64,000 bases of DNA. Origin: an uncultured Gammaproteobacteria bacterium (GTDB taxonomy: Bacteria > Patescibacteriota > Patescibacteriia > Magasanikbacterales > UBA922). Shown in pieces: positions 19,767 to 29,131 of this stretch. Below the pieces are notes generated by a model. It worked only from the letters and a program-made list of their open reading frames with translations. It had not been told where the DNA came from and did no database searches. The stretch is from positions 206,792 to 270,791 of the forward strand of contig CAZQXB010000001.1 of NCBI GenBank assembly GCA_964597575.1, written 5' to 3'. Every line of letters begins with the position of its first letter. The stretch's first letter is position 1. The position numbers and the translations under genes were made by a program.

Positions 19767-19988
19767 ATGATTCCGAAAGTACTCACGATTATCCAGGTTC
19801 TCCTCGGCCTTATCCTCATTGTAGCTATTCTTTTGCAACAAAAAGGAGCTGGTCTTGGTTTAGCGTTTGGTGATTCCAGTAATGTTTATTCCACAAAACG
19901 CGGTATTGATAAAGTCATTTATTTTGTAACGATTATTGTGGCCGTTCTCTTTTTCGGCCTTGGTTTGCTCAATGTTTTTTTAGGCTAA
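19767..19988 (+). CDS. secG: Preprotein translocase subunit SecG.
   Basis: MIPKVLTIIQVLLGLILIVAILLQQ-KGAGLG...S... has the typical SecG two-TM layout and conserved LLQ..KG motif. Confidence 0.8.
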   Translation: MIPKVLTIIQVLLGLILIVAILLQQKGAGLGLAFGDSSNVYSTKRGIDKVIYFVTIIVAVLFFGLGLLNVFLG

Positions 19989-20060
19989 TATTTTCTTAGC
20001 CGACACTAAAAAAACTCTGCAACCTTAATTTCGTAGCGAGTCACCCTCGCACGCTCTCTT

Positions 20061-22049
20061 GTGCGCTTACGTCTTCCACGCTTCGGGCGTCGGAACCGTC
20101 CGTCTGAACGCCTGTTGCCTCAGACCGACAAAGACCTTCAACTCATTCAAAAAGTGAATGGTCAAAAAGTTCCACGTTTGAAACAACTCCTTCATATTGA
20201 AAAAATTTTACCGCGCGGTGAGGCTCGTATTTTTCGTGGCGCTCTTTTTGGTCTTTTGATTGGGTTGGTATGGCTTGGAATAACGTTTGTTCTCTCTGGT
20301 CGAGAGCAAGGTCCAGCGGTTGGCGGAAGATATACGGAGGCGGTTATCGGGACGCCATCAGTAATTAATCCGCTCTATGCACCACTCAATGATGTTGATG
20401 CGGATATCTCTCGTCTCGTCTTTTCGGGCTTAATGCGATATAGCGAAGCGCAGGTGCTTGAGCCAGATTTAGCTGAAAGCTACACCCTCAGTCCCGATGG
20501 GAAGACCTATACGTTTACCCTTCGAGATGGTGTGGTCTGGCATGATGAAAAACCGTTTACCTCTCGCGATGTGGTGTTTACCTTTGACATGATTCAAAAT
20601 ACTGCAGCCGGAAGCCCGCTTATTGTTTCATTCCAAGGGGTGTCAGTAACAGCTCCTGATGAAAAAACCGTCGTGTTTACCCTGCCCGAACCGTTTGCTC
20701 CTTTTTTGGGAACACTCACTGCCGGGATATTACCTGAGCACCTTCTTTTTGATGTCTCGGCTGATCGACTTCGTTTGCATCGATTTAATACTCAACCGAT
20801 TGGCACTGGCCCTTTTCAGTTTAGTACGCTTACGAAAGCGGAAACCGGTTTTATTTCTCGCGTTGCCCTACATCGTTTCAGTAAATATTATCTCACCCCA
20901 GCCTTTTTAGAAGAAATTATCTTGGAATTTTTTGATGGGGACGATGCGTACGACCGAGCGATTCAAGCTCTTCGTGAGCAGAAAGTGGATGGGGTAAGTT
21001 TTGTTCCGACCACGCTCCGAAGTCGGGTAGAGAGAAAATACTTAACTATACACACGCTTCAGCTTCCGCAATATACCGGACTGTTCTTTAACAGCCGTCG
21101 AGCAAAAATTCTTGCGAGCGCCCCTCTTCGTCAAGCCCTTACCGAATCGCTTGATAAGGATCGTATCATCCGCGATGCCTTAAAAGGCGAAGGCGAAGTT
21201 ATCCATGGGCCAATTTTGCAAGGTTTTCCTGGGTTTGATAAAGAGCGAGGTAAGGTGGCATACGATCCGTCAGCTGCAAATAAACGGCTTGATGAGGTGT
21301 TTGCCCCTATCTCTCGTGAGGAGTTTGCTTCTACTAGAATTAACGCGCTTTTGGCAGCCTATGACGTAGCGAATCCAGGGGCGGCTTCCTCGACACCGAG
21401 TGGAAGTACGAGCTCCTCAGATATTCTTCTCGCTACTTCGACTCCTCGTGATATCGCCAAGGCAGAAATATCTACAAAAGTGTTTAGTGAAATGCAACCA
21501 GCGCAAACATTTTTTCGTCGGGATGCAAAAACAAAAGAATTGTTGACGCTTCGCCTCGTGACTGCCGACACAGAAGAGTATCGAAAGGCAGCGGAAACCG
21601 TGGCCGGATTTTGGCAGGAAATTGGCGTACACACCACGATTGTAACGGTCCCTCCAAAAGATATTGCAAGAACGGTCCTCAAAGATCGTGATTACGATGT
21701 CCTTCTCTATAGTGTCATTGTGGGGAGTGATCCTGATCAGTATCCATTCTGGCATTCAAGCCAGGGAACATACCCCGGCTTAAACTTATCGATGTACAGT
21801 AGTCGCAAAGCGGATGAATATCTTGTCTCTATGCGTACCGCGACAACGACAGAAACAGTGGCGAGTACTTCTCTCGCGTTTCAAGAGCAACTCTCCCTCG
21901 ATCGACCAGCAATTTTTCTTTATAGCCCAACATATACCTATGCCACGAATGTGGTTTTAAAAGGGGTAACGGTTAAAAGAATTTTTGAACCGTCAGACCG
22001 ATTTTCAGGTATTACTGGTTGGTATGTAAAAACAAAAGGTTCGTGGTAA
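20061..22049 (+). CDS. ABC transporter substrate-binding protein, family 5 (OppA/DppA/NikA-like), with an N-terminal membrane anchor. The start is uncertain because there is a 55-aa Arg-rich leader before the TM helix.
   Basis: SBP_bac_5-type motifs (YTFTLRDGVVWHDEKPFTSRDVVFTF ...). No cognate permease or ATPase genes are adjacent in this window. Confidence 0.75.
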   Translation: MRLRLPRFGRRNRPSERLLPQTDKDLQLIQKVNGQKVPRLKQLLHIEKILPRGEARIFRGALFGLLIGLVWLGITFVLSGREQGPAVGGRYTEAVIGTPSVINPLYAPLNDVDADISRLVFSGLMRYSEAQVLEPDLAESYTLSPDGKTYTFTLRDGVVWHDEKPFTSRDVVFTFDMIQNTAAGSPLIVSFQGVSVTAPDEKTVVFTLPEPFAPFLGTLTAGILPEHLLFDVSADRLRLHRFNTQPIGTGPFQFSTLTKAETGFISRVALHRFSKYYLTPAFLEEIILEFFDGDDAYDRAIQALREQKVDGVSFVPTTLRSRVERKYLTIHTLQLPQYTGLFFNSRRAKILASAPLRQALTESLDKDRIIRDALKGEGEVIHGPILQGFPGFDKERGKVAYDPSAANKRLDEVFAPISREEFASTRINALLAAYDVANPGAASSTPSGSTSSSDILLATSTPRDIAKAEISTKVFSEMQPAQTFFRRDAKTKELLTLRLVTADTEEYRKAAETVAGFWQEIGVHTTIVTVPPKDIARTVLKDRDYDVLLYSVIVGSDPDQYPFWHSSQGTYPGLNLSMYSSRKADEYLVSMRTATTTETVASTSLAFQEQLSLDRPAIFLYSPTYTYATNVVLKGVTVKRIFEPSDRFSGITGWYVKTKGSW

Positions 22050-22057
22050 AAACAAAA

Positions 22058-22141
22058 GGGCAAGTGGCGGAACTGGCAGACGCACTAGCTTCAGGTGCTA
22101 GCGGCCGCAAGGTCATGAGGGTTCAAGTCCCTCCTTGCCCA
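22058..22141 (+). tRNA. tRNA-Leu (anticodon CAG) with a long variable arm.
   Basis: Acceptor stem GGGCAAG/CTTGCCC. Anticodon stem CTAGC/GCTAG with loop TTCAGGT. T-arm GGGTTCAAGTCCC. Discriminator A. CCA is not encoded. Confidence 0.85.
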
Positions 22142-22217
22142 CACAAGATTATTTATATCTTTATTTTAATGTGAGAAGTACCACCGAGGTACCTCTTGCT
22201 CTGTATTTATTATTGGT

Positions 22218-24140
22218 ATGGTTACTGGACAAACAGAAGGAAACGCTGGAACAGCAGGTGTCAGTGTTCCCCAAAATACGCGAGGAGAATTTCCTCGTCA
22301 CGTGCGACGGAATTCCGGTCGTCCTGGAGGTGCTGAACGTCGTCCGTCATTTGGATCACGAAACGATTCTATGCGCCCGCGTACTGGCGGAGCTCCTCGT
22401 GGAGGTCGTGCTTCACAACACGGAGAAGGGCGCCCATTTGAGTTCGCTCAGGGGAGAGCGGTTGCTCCATTGAATGGCGGTACACTTCGCATTATCCCTA
22501 TTGGCGGGTGTGAAGAAGTGGGCCGCAACATGACGATTTACGAGTATGAAAATGACATCGTCATTTTAGATATGGGTTTGCAATTCCCAGAAGATAACAT
22601 GCCTGGAATCGATTACATCATTCCAAACATTAAGTATCTTCAAGGGAAAGAAAAGAAAGTGCGAGGGGTTGTATTTAGTCACGGACACCTCGATCATATT
22701 GGAGCTGCTCCAATTCTTCTTGAAAAATTAGGATATCCACCAGTCATTGGTATGCCGCTCACGGTTGCGATGATTAAGCACCGTGTAGAAGATTATAAAA
22801 AAGGATCAGGAAAAAACGTGAAGACAATCATGATTAAAAGCATTGGTGACACGATTGCTCTTGGTGCATTTCGTTTGCGATTTTTTCAAGTGGAGCACTC
22901 GATCATGGATTCCATGGGAACTATTCTCGAAACTCCAGCGGGAAGTGCCATTCATTTGGGCGACTGGACAATGGAGCGAGAAATTGATGGTGAAACCCAC
23001 ATTAAATACGATCATTTGGCTACGGCGAAGCGCCCGAGTGTGCTCATGCTTGAAAGTTTGGGAGCGTTAAAAGAGGGGCGCCACGCAACACATGATGAAA
23101 TGTATAAAAACTTGCATGACCTTTTATCGAATGCCCCAGGGCGGGTGATTTTGGCAACGTTTGCTTCTCAGGTTGAACGGGTGAAATGGGTGATTGAGGC
23201 AGCCGGAGAGCTCGGAAAGAAAGTTGCTTTGGGTGGGTTTAGTATGAAAAAGAATATTGAAATTGCGAAAGAACTCGGCTATGTGAAGCCGGCCAAAGAT
23301 ACGCTTATCGATATTCGCCAAATTGATGATTATCCAGAGAAGAATGTGGTGGTTGTATGCACGGGCGGACAAGGAGAGGAAAATGCAGTTCTGAACCGGA
23401 TTGTGATGGGGGAACATCGCGAAATTAAGTTTCGTAAATCAGATACCGTGATTTTTTCTTCATCGGTTATTCCAGGAAACGAACGCTCTGTTCAGCGTCT
23501 CAAAGATAATATTTATCGCCAGTGTGACCATGTCATTCACGGAGATCTCATGGATGTGCATGTTTCTGGGCATGGAACACGTCGTGATATTCTCGACATG
23601 CTTGATCAGTCAAAGCCGGACTACTTCATGCCAGTCTACGGAAACCACTTCTTCTTGAAAGAAGCGCAACAGTTGGCTATTCGTCATGGCTTTCCAGTAG
23701 AAAAAACAATTGTACCAGACAACGGACATGTGATTGACCTTACCCCTGAAAAATTAATTGTTCAGAAAGAAAAAGCCCCTGCAGACTATGTGTTTGTCGA
23801 TGGGCTTGGTATTAGTGATTCGCAACACGTGGTACTCCGTGACCGTCAAGTGCTTGCCGAAGACGGAATGCTCGTTATCATTGCGACCGTGGATACGCAC
23901 AAAGGAATTCTAACCCAAAATCCAGACATTATTTCTCGTGGGTTTGTCTTTATGAAAGATAATAAAAAACTCATTGAGGATATTCGTGCCCGTGTGAAGA
24001 AGTTGGTGACTGAATCAGATCCAAAATCATGGGCTGATAGCAATCAGATTCGAAACGATATTCGTGATAAAATTGGTCAGTTTGTCTTTACCAAAACAGA
24101 AAAACGACCAATGGTGTTGCCCGTTGTAATTGAAGTATAA
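22218..24140 (+). CDS. rnj: Ribonuclease J (metallo-beta-lactamase / beta-CASP RNase). An Arg/Gly-rich low-complexity N-terminal extension of about 85 aa precedes the conserved core (alternatively, a TTG start near 22462).
   Basis: LRIIPIGGCEEVGRNMTIYEYENDIVILDMG, the HxHxDH motif (FSHGHLDHIGA), and the beta-CASP and C-terminal domains. Confidence 0.9.
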   Translation: MVTGQTEGNAGTAGVSVPQNTRGEFPRHVRRNSGRPGGAERRPSFGSRNDSMRPRTGGAPRGGRASQHGEGRPFEFAQGRAVAPLNGGTLRIIPIGGCEEVGRNMTIYEYENDIVILDMGLQFPEDNMPGIDYIIPNIKYLQGKEKKVRGVVFSHGHLDHIGAAPILLEKLGYPPVIGMPLTVAMIKHRVEDYKKGSGKNVKTIMIKSIGDTIALGAFRLRFFQVEHSIMDSMGTILETPAGSAIHLGDWTMEREIDGETHIKYDHLATAKRPSVLMLESLGALKEGRHATHDEMYKNLHDLLSNAPGRVILATFASQVERVKWVIEAAGELGKKVALGGFSMKKNIEIAKELGYVKPAKDTLIDIRQIDDYPEKNVVVVCTGGQGEENAVLNRIVMGEHREIKFRKSDTVIFSSSVIPGNERSVQRLKDNIYRQCDHVIHGDLMDVHVSGHGTRRDILDMLDQSKPDYFMPVYGNHFFLKEAQQLAIRHGFPVEKTIVPDNGHVIDLTPEKLIVQKEKAPADYVFVDGLGISDSQHVVLRDRQVLAEDGMLVIIATVDTHKGILTQNPDIISRGFVFMKDNKKLIEDIRARVKKLVTESDPKSWADSNQIRNDIRDKIGQFVFTKTEKRPMVLPVVIEV

Positions 24141-24172
24141 TAGAGGTCGTTCTCAGTATTAGAACTCTTTTT

Positions 24173-24391
24173 ATGAAGCGTTTCTCTCGTATCAAACAGG
24201 GCGCCATTCTTGGGGGTGTGTGCACAGGACTTGCCGAGTACACAGGCATTGATGTGATGATTATTCGCATTATTACCGTGATCTTGCTTTTGGGAACAGG
24301 ATTTTTTCCGGTTGGTCTTGCGTACATTCTTGTCATCCTTCTTGTGCCGTACGAATCAGATAAAGACAGAAATGTAGTGTCTGATCAGTAA
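24173..24391 (+). CDS. PspC-domain membrane protein.
   Basis: L.R....IGGVCGGLAEY.G.D...IR has the PspC N-terminal consensus, followed by a TM helix. Confidence 0.65.
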   Translation: MKRFSRIKQGAILGGVCTGLAEYTGIDVMIIRIITVILLLGTGFFPVGLAYILVILLVPYESDKDRNVVSDQ

Positions 24392-24414
24392 AGAGGTAGA
24401 ATGAAAGATATCCA

Positions 24415-24446
24415 AAACGCCCCAAAGAGGGGTGTTTTGTTTTTTA
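24415..24446 (+). terminator. Rho-independent terminator after the PspC-domain gene.
   Basis: ACGCCCC-aaaga-GGGGTGT hairpin followed by TTTGTTTTTT. Confidence 0.5.
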
Positions 24447-24447
24447 C

Positions 24448-24476
24448 TTGCTTCAGAAAATAGAGTGTACTACAAT
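24448..24476 (+). promoter_or_regulatory. Sigma70-like promoter for trpS (TTGCTT - 17 nt - TACAAT).
   Basis: aCTTGCTTcagaaaatagagtgtacTACAATagg lies about 20 nt before the trpS ATG. Confidence 0.4.
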
Positions 24477-24495
24477 AGGCCTACATTCTTTATTT

Positions 24496-25479
24496 ATGCC
24501 GAAACCAGTCATTTTGTCCGGAATTCAGCCAACGGGAAATTTCCATATTGGAAATTATTTAGGTGCGGTTAAAAATTGGGTAGAACTTCAAAATAGCGGA
24601 ACATACGAGATGTTTATCTTTATTCCTGATCTCCACTCTCTCACAGGGGATCTTGGTGTAGAAGACCGTCGGAAGTATGTACAGACAGCTGCGGTTGAAC
24701 TCCTCGCCGCAGGAATTGATCCGCAAAAAACAACTCTTTTTGTACAATCCCATGTTCCAGAACATGCTGAACTCGGCTGGATTTTAGGGTGTACAACTCC
24801 GGTTGCTGAACTTGAACGCATGACACAGTTTAAAGATAAGTCAGAGCGTCAAGATAAAAACATTAACACCGGACTTTTAACGTACCCTGTGCTTCAAGCA
24901 GCCGATATTTTGCTGTATCACGGTACGGTTGTGCCGGTTGGGCAAGATCAGGTGCAGCACGTAGAGCTTACCCGAGATATTGCGCGGTGGTTTAATAATC
25001 GATTTGGAGAATATTTCGTTGAACCGAAACATCTTTTGTCTGAAGTACCAAAGGTGATGAGCTTACTTGAGCCCGAGAAAAAGATGAGTAAGAGTAAAGG
25101 GGAGGGGCATGTTATTAATTTAGTTGATACCCCAGAGATTATTCAGGCGAAATTGAAAAAAGCGGTTACGGCGACAACGGGTGGCGGTGAAGCTCCAGGG
25201 GTGATAAATTTACTATCATTACTTCATCATTTTGGAAAAGAAACCGTGTACACAGAATTTGTTCAAGCAGAATCGGATGGTTCAATTCGTTACGGGGATT
25301 TAAAAGCTGCAGTTGGGGAGGCCATTGCTGATTCGTTTGAAGCGTTCCGTACTCGTCGGGCAGAGCTTTTGGCAGATGAGAAAAAAGTCATTCAAATTTT
25401 AGAAGAAGGAAGAGTAAAAGCGAGTGCTGTGGCACAGAAAACAATACAAGAAGTGCGGCAAAGGGTAGGGTTACGGTAG
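24496..25479 (+). CDS. trpS: Tryptophanyl-tRNA synthetase.
   Basis: ILSGIQPTGNFHIGNYLGA (HIGH region, TrpRS-type) and KMSKS (KMSKSKGE). The start was set at MPKPVIL. Confidence 0.9.
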   Translation: MPKPVILSGIQPTGNFHIGNYLGAVKNWVELQNSGTYEMFIFIPDLHSLTGDLGVEDRRKYVQTAAVELLAAGIDPQKTTLFVQSHVPEHAELGWILGCTTPVAELERMTQFKDKSERQDKNINTGLLTYPVLQAADILLYHGTVVPVGQDQVQHVELTRDIARWFNNRFGEYFVEPKHLLSEVPKVMSLLEPEKKMSKSKGEGHVINLVDTPEIIQAKLKKAVTATTGGGEAPGVINLLSLLHHFGKETVYTEFVQAESDGSIRYGDLKAAVGEAIADSFEAFRTRRAELLADEKKVIQILEEGRVKASAVAQKTIQEVRQRVGLR

Positions 25480-25482
25480 GAT

Positions 25483-25510
25483 TAAAAAACGGCATTCATG
25501 CCGTTTTTTA
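25483..25510 (+). terminator. Rho-independent terminator after trpS.
   Basis: AAAACGGCA-ttca-TGCCGTTTTTT perfect hairpin with a T-tract. Confidence 0.6.
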
Positions 25511-25537
25511 ATCCCGAACCTTCTTTAGGGGAGGTTC

Positions 25538-25567
25538 TTGACAAATGCAATTAAGTTGCACTATAAT
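25538..25567 (+). promoter_or_regulatory. Sigma70-like promoter (TTGACA - 18 nt - TATAAT) upstream of the YibE/F-like gene and gap.
   Basis: tcTTGACAaatgcaattaagttgcacTATAATaga is followed by a leader of about 120 nt containing a CAAACG/CGTTTG hairpin. Confidence 0.45.
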
Positions 25568-25691
25568 AGACAGGCAAACGATATCTGTCGTTTGGGTATG
25601 TACACCAGGTACTGAGGTGCCGCAAAAAAAGTCTAGGGATAGGCTTTTTTTGTTTGGCTTGGTACTATGGAAGTATCAACCTATCGTATAT

Positions 25692-26825
25692 ATGCTCCAC
25701 TTTATTTCCCGTTTTTTCCTTCTTTTGGCAATTTTTCTTTCTGGATTTTCTTTTTTCCTCACTCCTTCAGTCTTGGCTGAGGAAGAAAGTTCGCTTGAAC
25801 CCATTCCGCTTAAAGACGAATTTTTTCGTGCCCGGGTGAGTGAGGTGATAGGTGAAAATACAGGAAATGATGGAGTAGGGGAAATAACGGTTCAAGAGGT
25901 TCGAATTGTGATAACCAAAGGGGAAGAAAATGGGAAAGAGGTGATTTTATCCTACGAAGTACCTCAAACCCAAAGTTCAAAGCTTCTGAAAAAAGGATCA
26001 GAGCTTATTTTGGGAAAAGCGATTATCGGTGGGGAGACAACGTACTATATCAGCGATGTTTATCGACTACATGCAGTCTATTGGTTTTTACTTTTGTTTG
26101 CTCTCCTTACCTTTGTGGCGGCGCGAGGTCGGGGAATGATGGCATTTGTCGGTCTACTTCTTAGCATTGCCGCGATTCTTTTCGTCATGATTCCTCTTCT
26201 GGTGCGAGGGTATAACCCGCTTCTCGTGTGTTTCGGGGTATCTGCACTTATTTCGTTTGCTACTATTTTTGTGGCACATGGATTTAAAAAACAAACACGG
26301 GTGGCAGCCCTCGCTACTATGATGACAGTCGGGCTTTCTCTTGGCCTTTCGTATCTTGCGGTCATTGGCACAAAGTTAGCAGGTCTTGGTACAGAAGAAG
26401 CATTTTTTTTAGGGGCGGCGGGCACTGGTCTTACCGATTTGCGAGGTCTTCTTATGGGGGCACTGGTTATCGGAACCCTTGGCGTGCTTGATGACGTCAC
26501 CACTGCTCAGGCAGCCACCGTGCATGAAATTGCAGAAGCGAATTCAACCTATTCTTGGAAGGAATTATATACGCGCGGTCTCCGGGTTGGCAGAGAGCAT
26601 ATTATTTCGCTCGTCAACACGCTGGTTTTGGCGTATACTGGAACAGCCTTGCCACTTCTTCTTTTGTTTCATGTGTACGAGCGCCCGTTGTGGGTAGTCG
26701 TCAATAGTGAGCTTGTGACGGAAGAAGTGATTCGGATGCTCGTCGGAAGCGCGACCCTTATGGTTGCCGTTCCACTGACAACCCTCCTTGCGGCTTTTGT
26801 TTTTGGAAGAAAACCTTCTGTTTAA
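25692..26825 (+). CDS. YibE/F-family integral membrane protein (N-terminal signal plus soluble domain, then a multi-TM domain).
   Basis: The start was set at MLHFISRFFLLLAIFLSG (a signal-like segment downstream of the predicted promoter). The multi-TM core and GLRGLLMGALVIGTLGVLDDV motif match my recollection of the YibE/F fold. Confidence 0.6.
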   Translation: MLHFISRFFLLLAIFLSGFSFFLTPSVLAEEESSLEPIPLKDEFFRARVSEVIGENTGNDGVGEITVQEVRIVITKGEENGKEVILSYEVPQTQSSKLLKKGSELILGKAIIGGETTYYISDVYRLHAVYWFLLLFALLTFVAARGRGMMAFVGLLLSIAAILFVMIPLLVRGYNPLLVCFGVSALISFATIFVAHGFKKQTRVAALATMMTVGLSLGLSYLAVIGTKLAGLGTEEAFFLGAAGTGLTDLRGLLMGALVIGTLGVLDDVTTAQAATVHEIAEANSTYSWKELYTRGLRVGREHIISLVNTLVLAYTGTALPLLLLFHVYERPLWVVVNSELVTEEVIRMLVGSATLMVAVPLTTLLAAFVFGRKPSV

Positions 26826-26829
26826 TTCT

Positions 26830-27834
26830 ATGTTTCGTATGAAAAAAATTCGCATCGCAATTAACGGATTTGGCCGTATTGGTCGTCATGCGCTTCGGGC
26901 AAGTCGATCGCATAAGGGGCTTGAGGTTGTGGCAATTAACGATCTGACGGACACCAAGACGTTGGCGCATCTTTTAGAATTTGATACGGCTTATCCCCCT
27001 ATGGGAGAAGCAATTTCCTTTGATGATCATGCTATTATCGTTGGTAAGCAAAAAATAAAAGCCTTTGCAGAAAAAGATCCAGCGAAGCTTCCGTGGAAAG
27101 AGTTGAAGGTTGATGTCGTGCTTGAGTGCACGGGTCGATTTACCGATACCGTCGGCGCCGGCCTTCATATACAAGCAGGAGCCAAAAAGGTACTCCTATC
27201 GGCACCAGGAAAGGATGATATGCAAACCTTGGTCTTAGGGGTAAATGATGTGGGATACAAGGGGGATGGGGTGGTAAACAACGCTTCGTGTACGACAAAC
27301 TGTGCGGCACCCATTATGCGTGTGCTTGAATCAGCTTTTGGTGTAGAAAAGGCAATGCTCACAACGGTACACTCGTATACGGCCGATCAAAATTTACAAG
27401 ACGGTCCGCATCGTGATTTGCGACGCGCTCGGGCGGCTGCACAAAATATTGTACCAACGTCGACCGGTGCTGCTGTCGCAGTCACGGAAACGATCCCTTC
27501 TCTCAAAGAGAAGTTTGACGGTTTGGCAATTCGTGTGCCAACAATTACGGTTTCGCTTACAGACATTACCGCCGTTTTAAAAAAGTCCGTCACGATTGAG
27601 CAGATTAATGAAGCATTTACTAAAGCATCAAAGACAAGTTTGAAAGGAATTCTTGCTGTGACTGAAAAAGAGCTTGTCTCGAGTGATTTTATCGGTTCTT
27701 CGTACTCTGTTACGGTAGACCTTCCTCTCACCATGGTTGTGGGGGGTAATTTAGTAAAAGTTGTGGGCTGGTATGATAACGAGTGGGGATATGCCAATCG
27801 TTTGATCGAGATGGCTGAGGTGGTGGGGAAATAA
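26830..27834 (+). CDS. gap: Glyceraldehyde-3-phosphate dehydrogenase.
   Basis: IAINGFGRIGR (NAD-binding) and the active-site ASCTTNCAAP. Confidence 0.95.
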   Translation: MFRMKKIRIAINGFGRIGRHALRASRSHKGLEVVAINDLTDTKTLAHLLEFDTAYPPMGEAISFDDHAIIVGKQKIKAFAEKDPAKLPWKELKVDVVLECTGRFTDTVGAGLHIQAGAKKVLLSAPGKDDMQTLVLGVNDVGYKGDGVVNNASCTTNCAAPIMRVLESAFGVEKAMLTTVHSYTADQNLQDGPHRDLRRARAAAQNIVPTSTGAAVAVTETIPSLKEKFDGLAIRVPTITVSLTDITAVLKKSVTIEQINEAFTKASKTSLKGILAVTEKELVSSDFIGSSYSVTVDLPLTMVVGGNLVKVVGWYDNEWGYANRLIEMAEVVGK

Positions 27835-27836
27835 GT

Positions 27837-29075
27837 ATGAACAAAAAGGTTCTGCCTCAATCGATTCGTTCGGTTAAACATCTTCGTGGAAAGCGAATAT
27901 TTTTTCGCGTCGATGTTAATGTCCCTCTTTTATCGGGAAAAGTGGCTGACGATACTCGTCTCAGAGCCATACTTCCGACTCTCACCTGGCTTCAAAAAAA
28001 AGGTGCCATTATTTTTATTATCTCTCACCTTGGTCGCCCCGAAGGGCGTGCCGTCCCTTCCTTATCGCTTCGACCGGTAGCAATTCATCTTGAGATGCTT
28101 TTAGGAAAGCCAGTTAATTTCCTTAATACCAAAGATTGGTCAAAAGAAAATTTTGATTCAGCTGTAACAGAGGAAGATGTTCAATCGGCAAAGCCTGGGG
28201 ATATATTTTTGGCTGAAAATATTCGTTTTTCGAAAGAAGAAGAAAAGGGTGAGATAAATTTTGCCAAAAGAATAGCAAAGTTAGCTGATGTATATGTAAC
28301 AGACGCATTTGCCGCTGTCCATCGAAAAGATGTAAGTGTGGCGAAAGTTCCATTATACCTTCCTGCATACGCTGGTTTTCTTTTAGAAAAAGAAATAGTC
28401 GGACTTGAAACCTTGAACCAAAGCACAGCAGCTCCGTATGTGGCTTTGGTCGGAGGGATAAAGCTCGAAACAAAAATTCCTCTCATAAAAAAACTTCTTC
28501 GAGAAGCCGATGGGGTTCTTTTAGGGGGTGGCATTGTGAATACATGCCTCGTTGCTTTGGGATACAGTGTCGGTACTTCACTTTACGATAAAAATTTTGT
28601 TTCAGTCGCTAAAACTATTGCGCGCCATAAAAAAGTATTTCTCCCGATTGATCTTATCGTGGGCGATAAAAAGGGGGATAGGGTGCGCCATATTGATGTA
28701 CCTATGGAACCCACACGCCTTTGCTCCAAAAACGAGGCTATATTTGATATTGGTCCGAAAACCATCGCTGCGTATTCCACGCTTCTAAAAGATGCAAAGA
28801 GGGTGGTTTGGAATGGCGCAATGGGGTATTTCGAAATGCCGGTTTACGCACAAGGGACGCGTATGATCGCGCGCACTATTGGCCTTCTTCGAAAAAAACG
28901 TACATATACTGTTGTTGGTGGCGGGGAAACTGCGCAAGCGCTTGAACAAGTAGGGCACGCGAACGATGTGCGACTACTCTCAACCGGCGGAGGAGCCATG
29001 CTTTCGTATATTGCAGGTGAGAAACTTCCCGGCATTGAAGTGCTTCAGAAAAGAAAAAAAGAAACAAACAAGTAA
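27837..29075 (+). CDS. pgk: Phosphoglycerate kinase.
   Basis: RVDVNVPL N-terminal motif and full-length PGK domain order. The start lies 3 nt after the gap stop. Confidence 0.95.
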   Translation: MNKKVLPQSIRSVKHLRGKRIFFRVDVNVPLLSGKVADDTRLRAILPTLTWLQKKGAIIFIISHLGRPEGRAVPSLSLRPVAIHLEMLLGKPVNFLNTKDWSKENFDSAVTEEDVQSAKPGDIFLAENIRFSKEEEKGEINFAKRIAKLADVYVTDAFAAVHRKDVSVAKVPLYLPAYAGFLLEKEIVGLETLNQSTAAPYVALVGGIKLETKIPLIKKLLREADGVLLGGGIVNTCLVALGYSVGTSLYDKNFVSVAKTIARHKKVFLPIDLIVGDKKGDRVRHIDVPMEPTRLCSKNEAIFDIGPKTIAAYSTLLKDAKRVVWNGAMGYFEMPVYAQGTRMIARTIGLLRKKRTYTVVGGGETAQALEQVGHANDVRLLSTGGGAMLSYIAGEKLPGIEVLQKRKKETNK

Positions 29076-29131
29076 AAAGGTGCGTGTTGTGGTATACTGT
29101 AGGTACTTGTTTTCAACTTTATTTTTTTCGT

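Noticed and set aside
20000-20060. GC-rich stretch with a small GCGAG..CTCGC hairpin before the SBP gene as a possible terminator or ncRNA
   Set aside because: No T-tract follows and no conserved structure is recognisable. It is more likely a 5' leader or part of the SBP N-terminal coding region with an alternative start.
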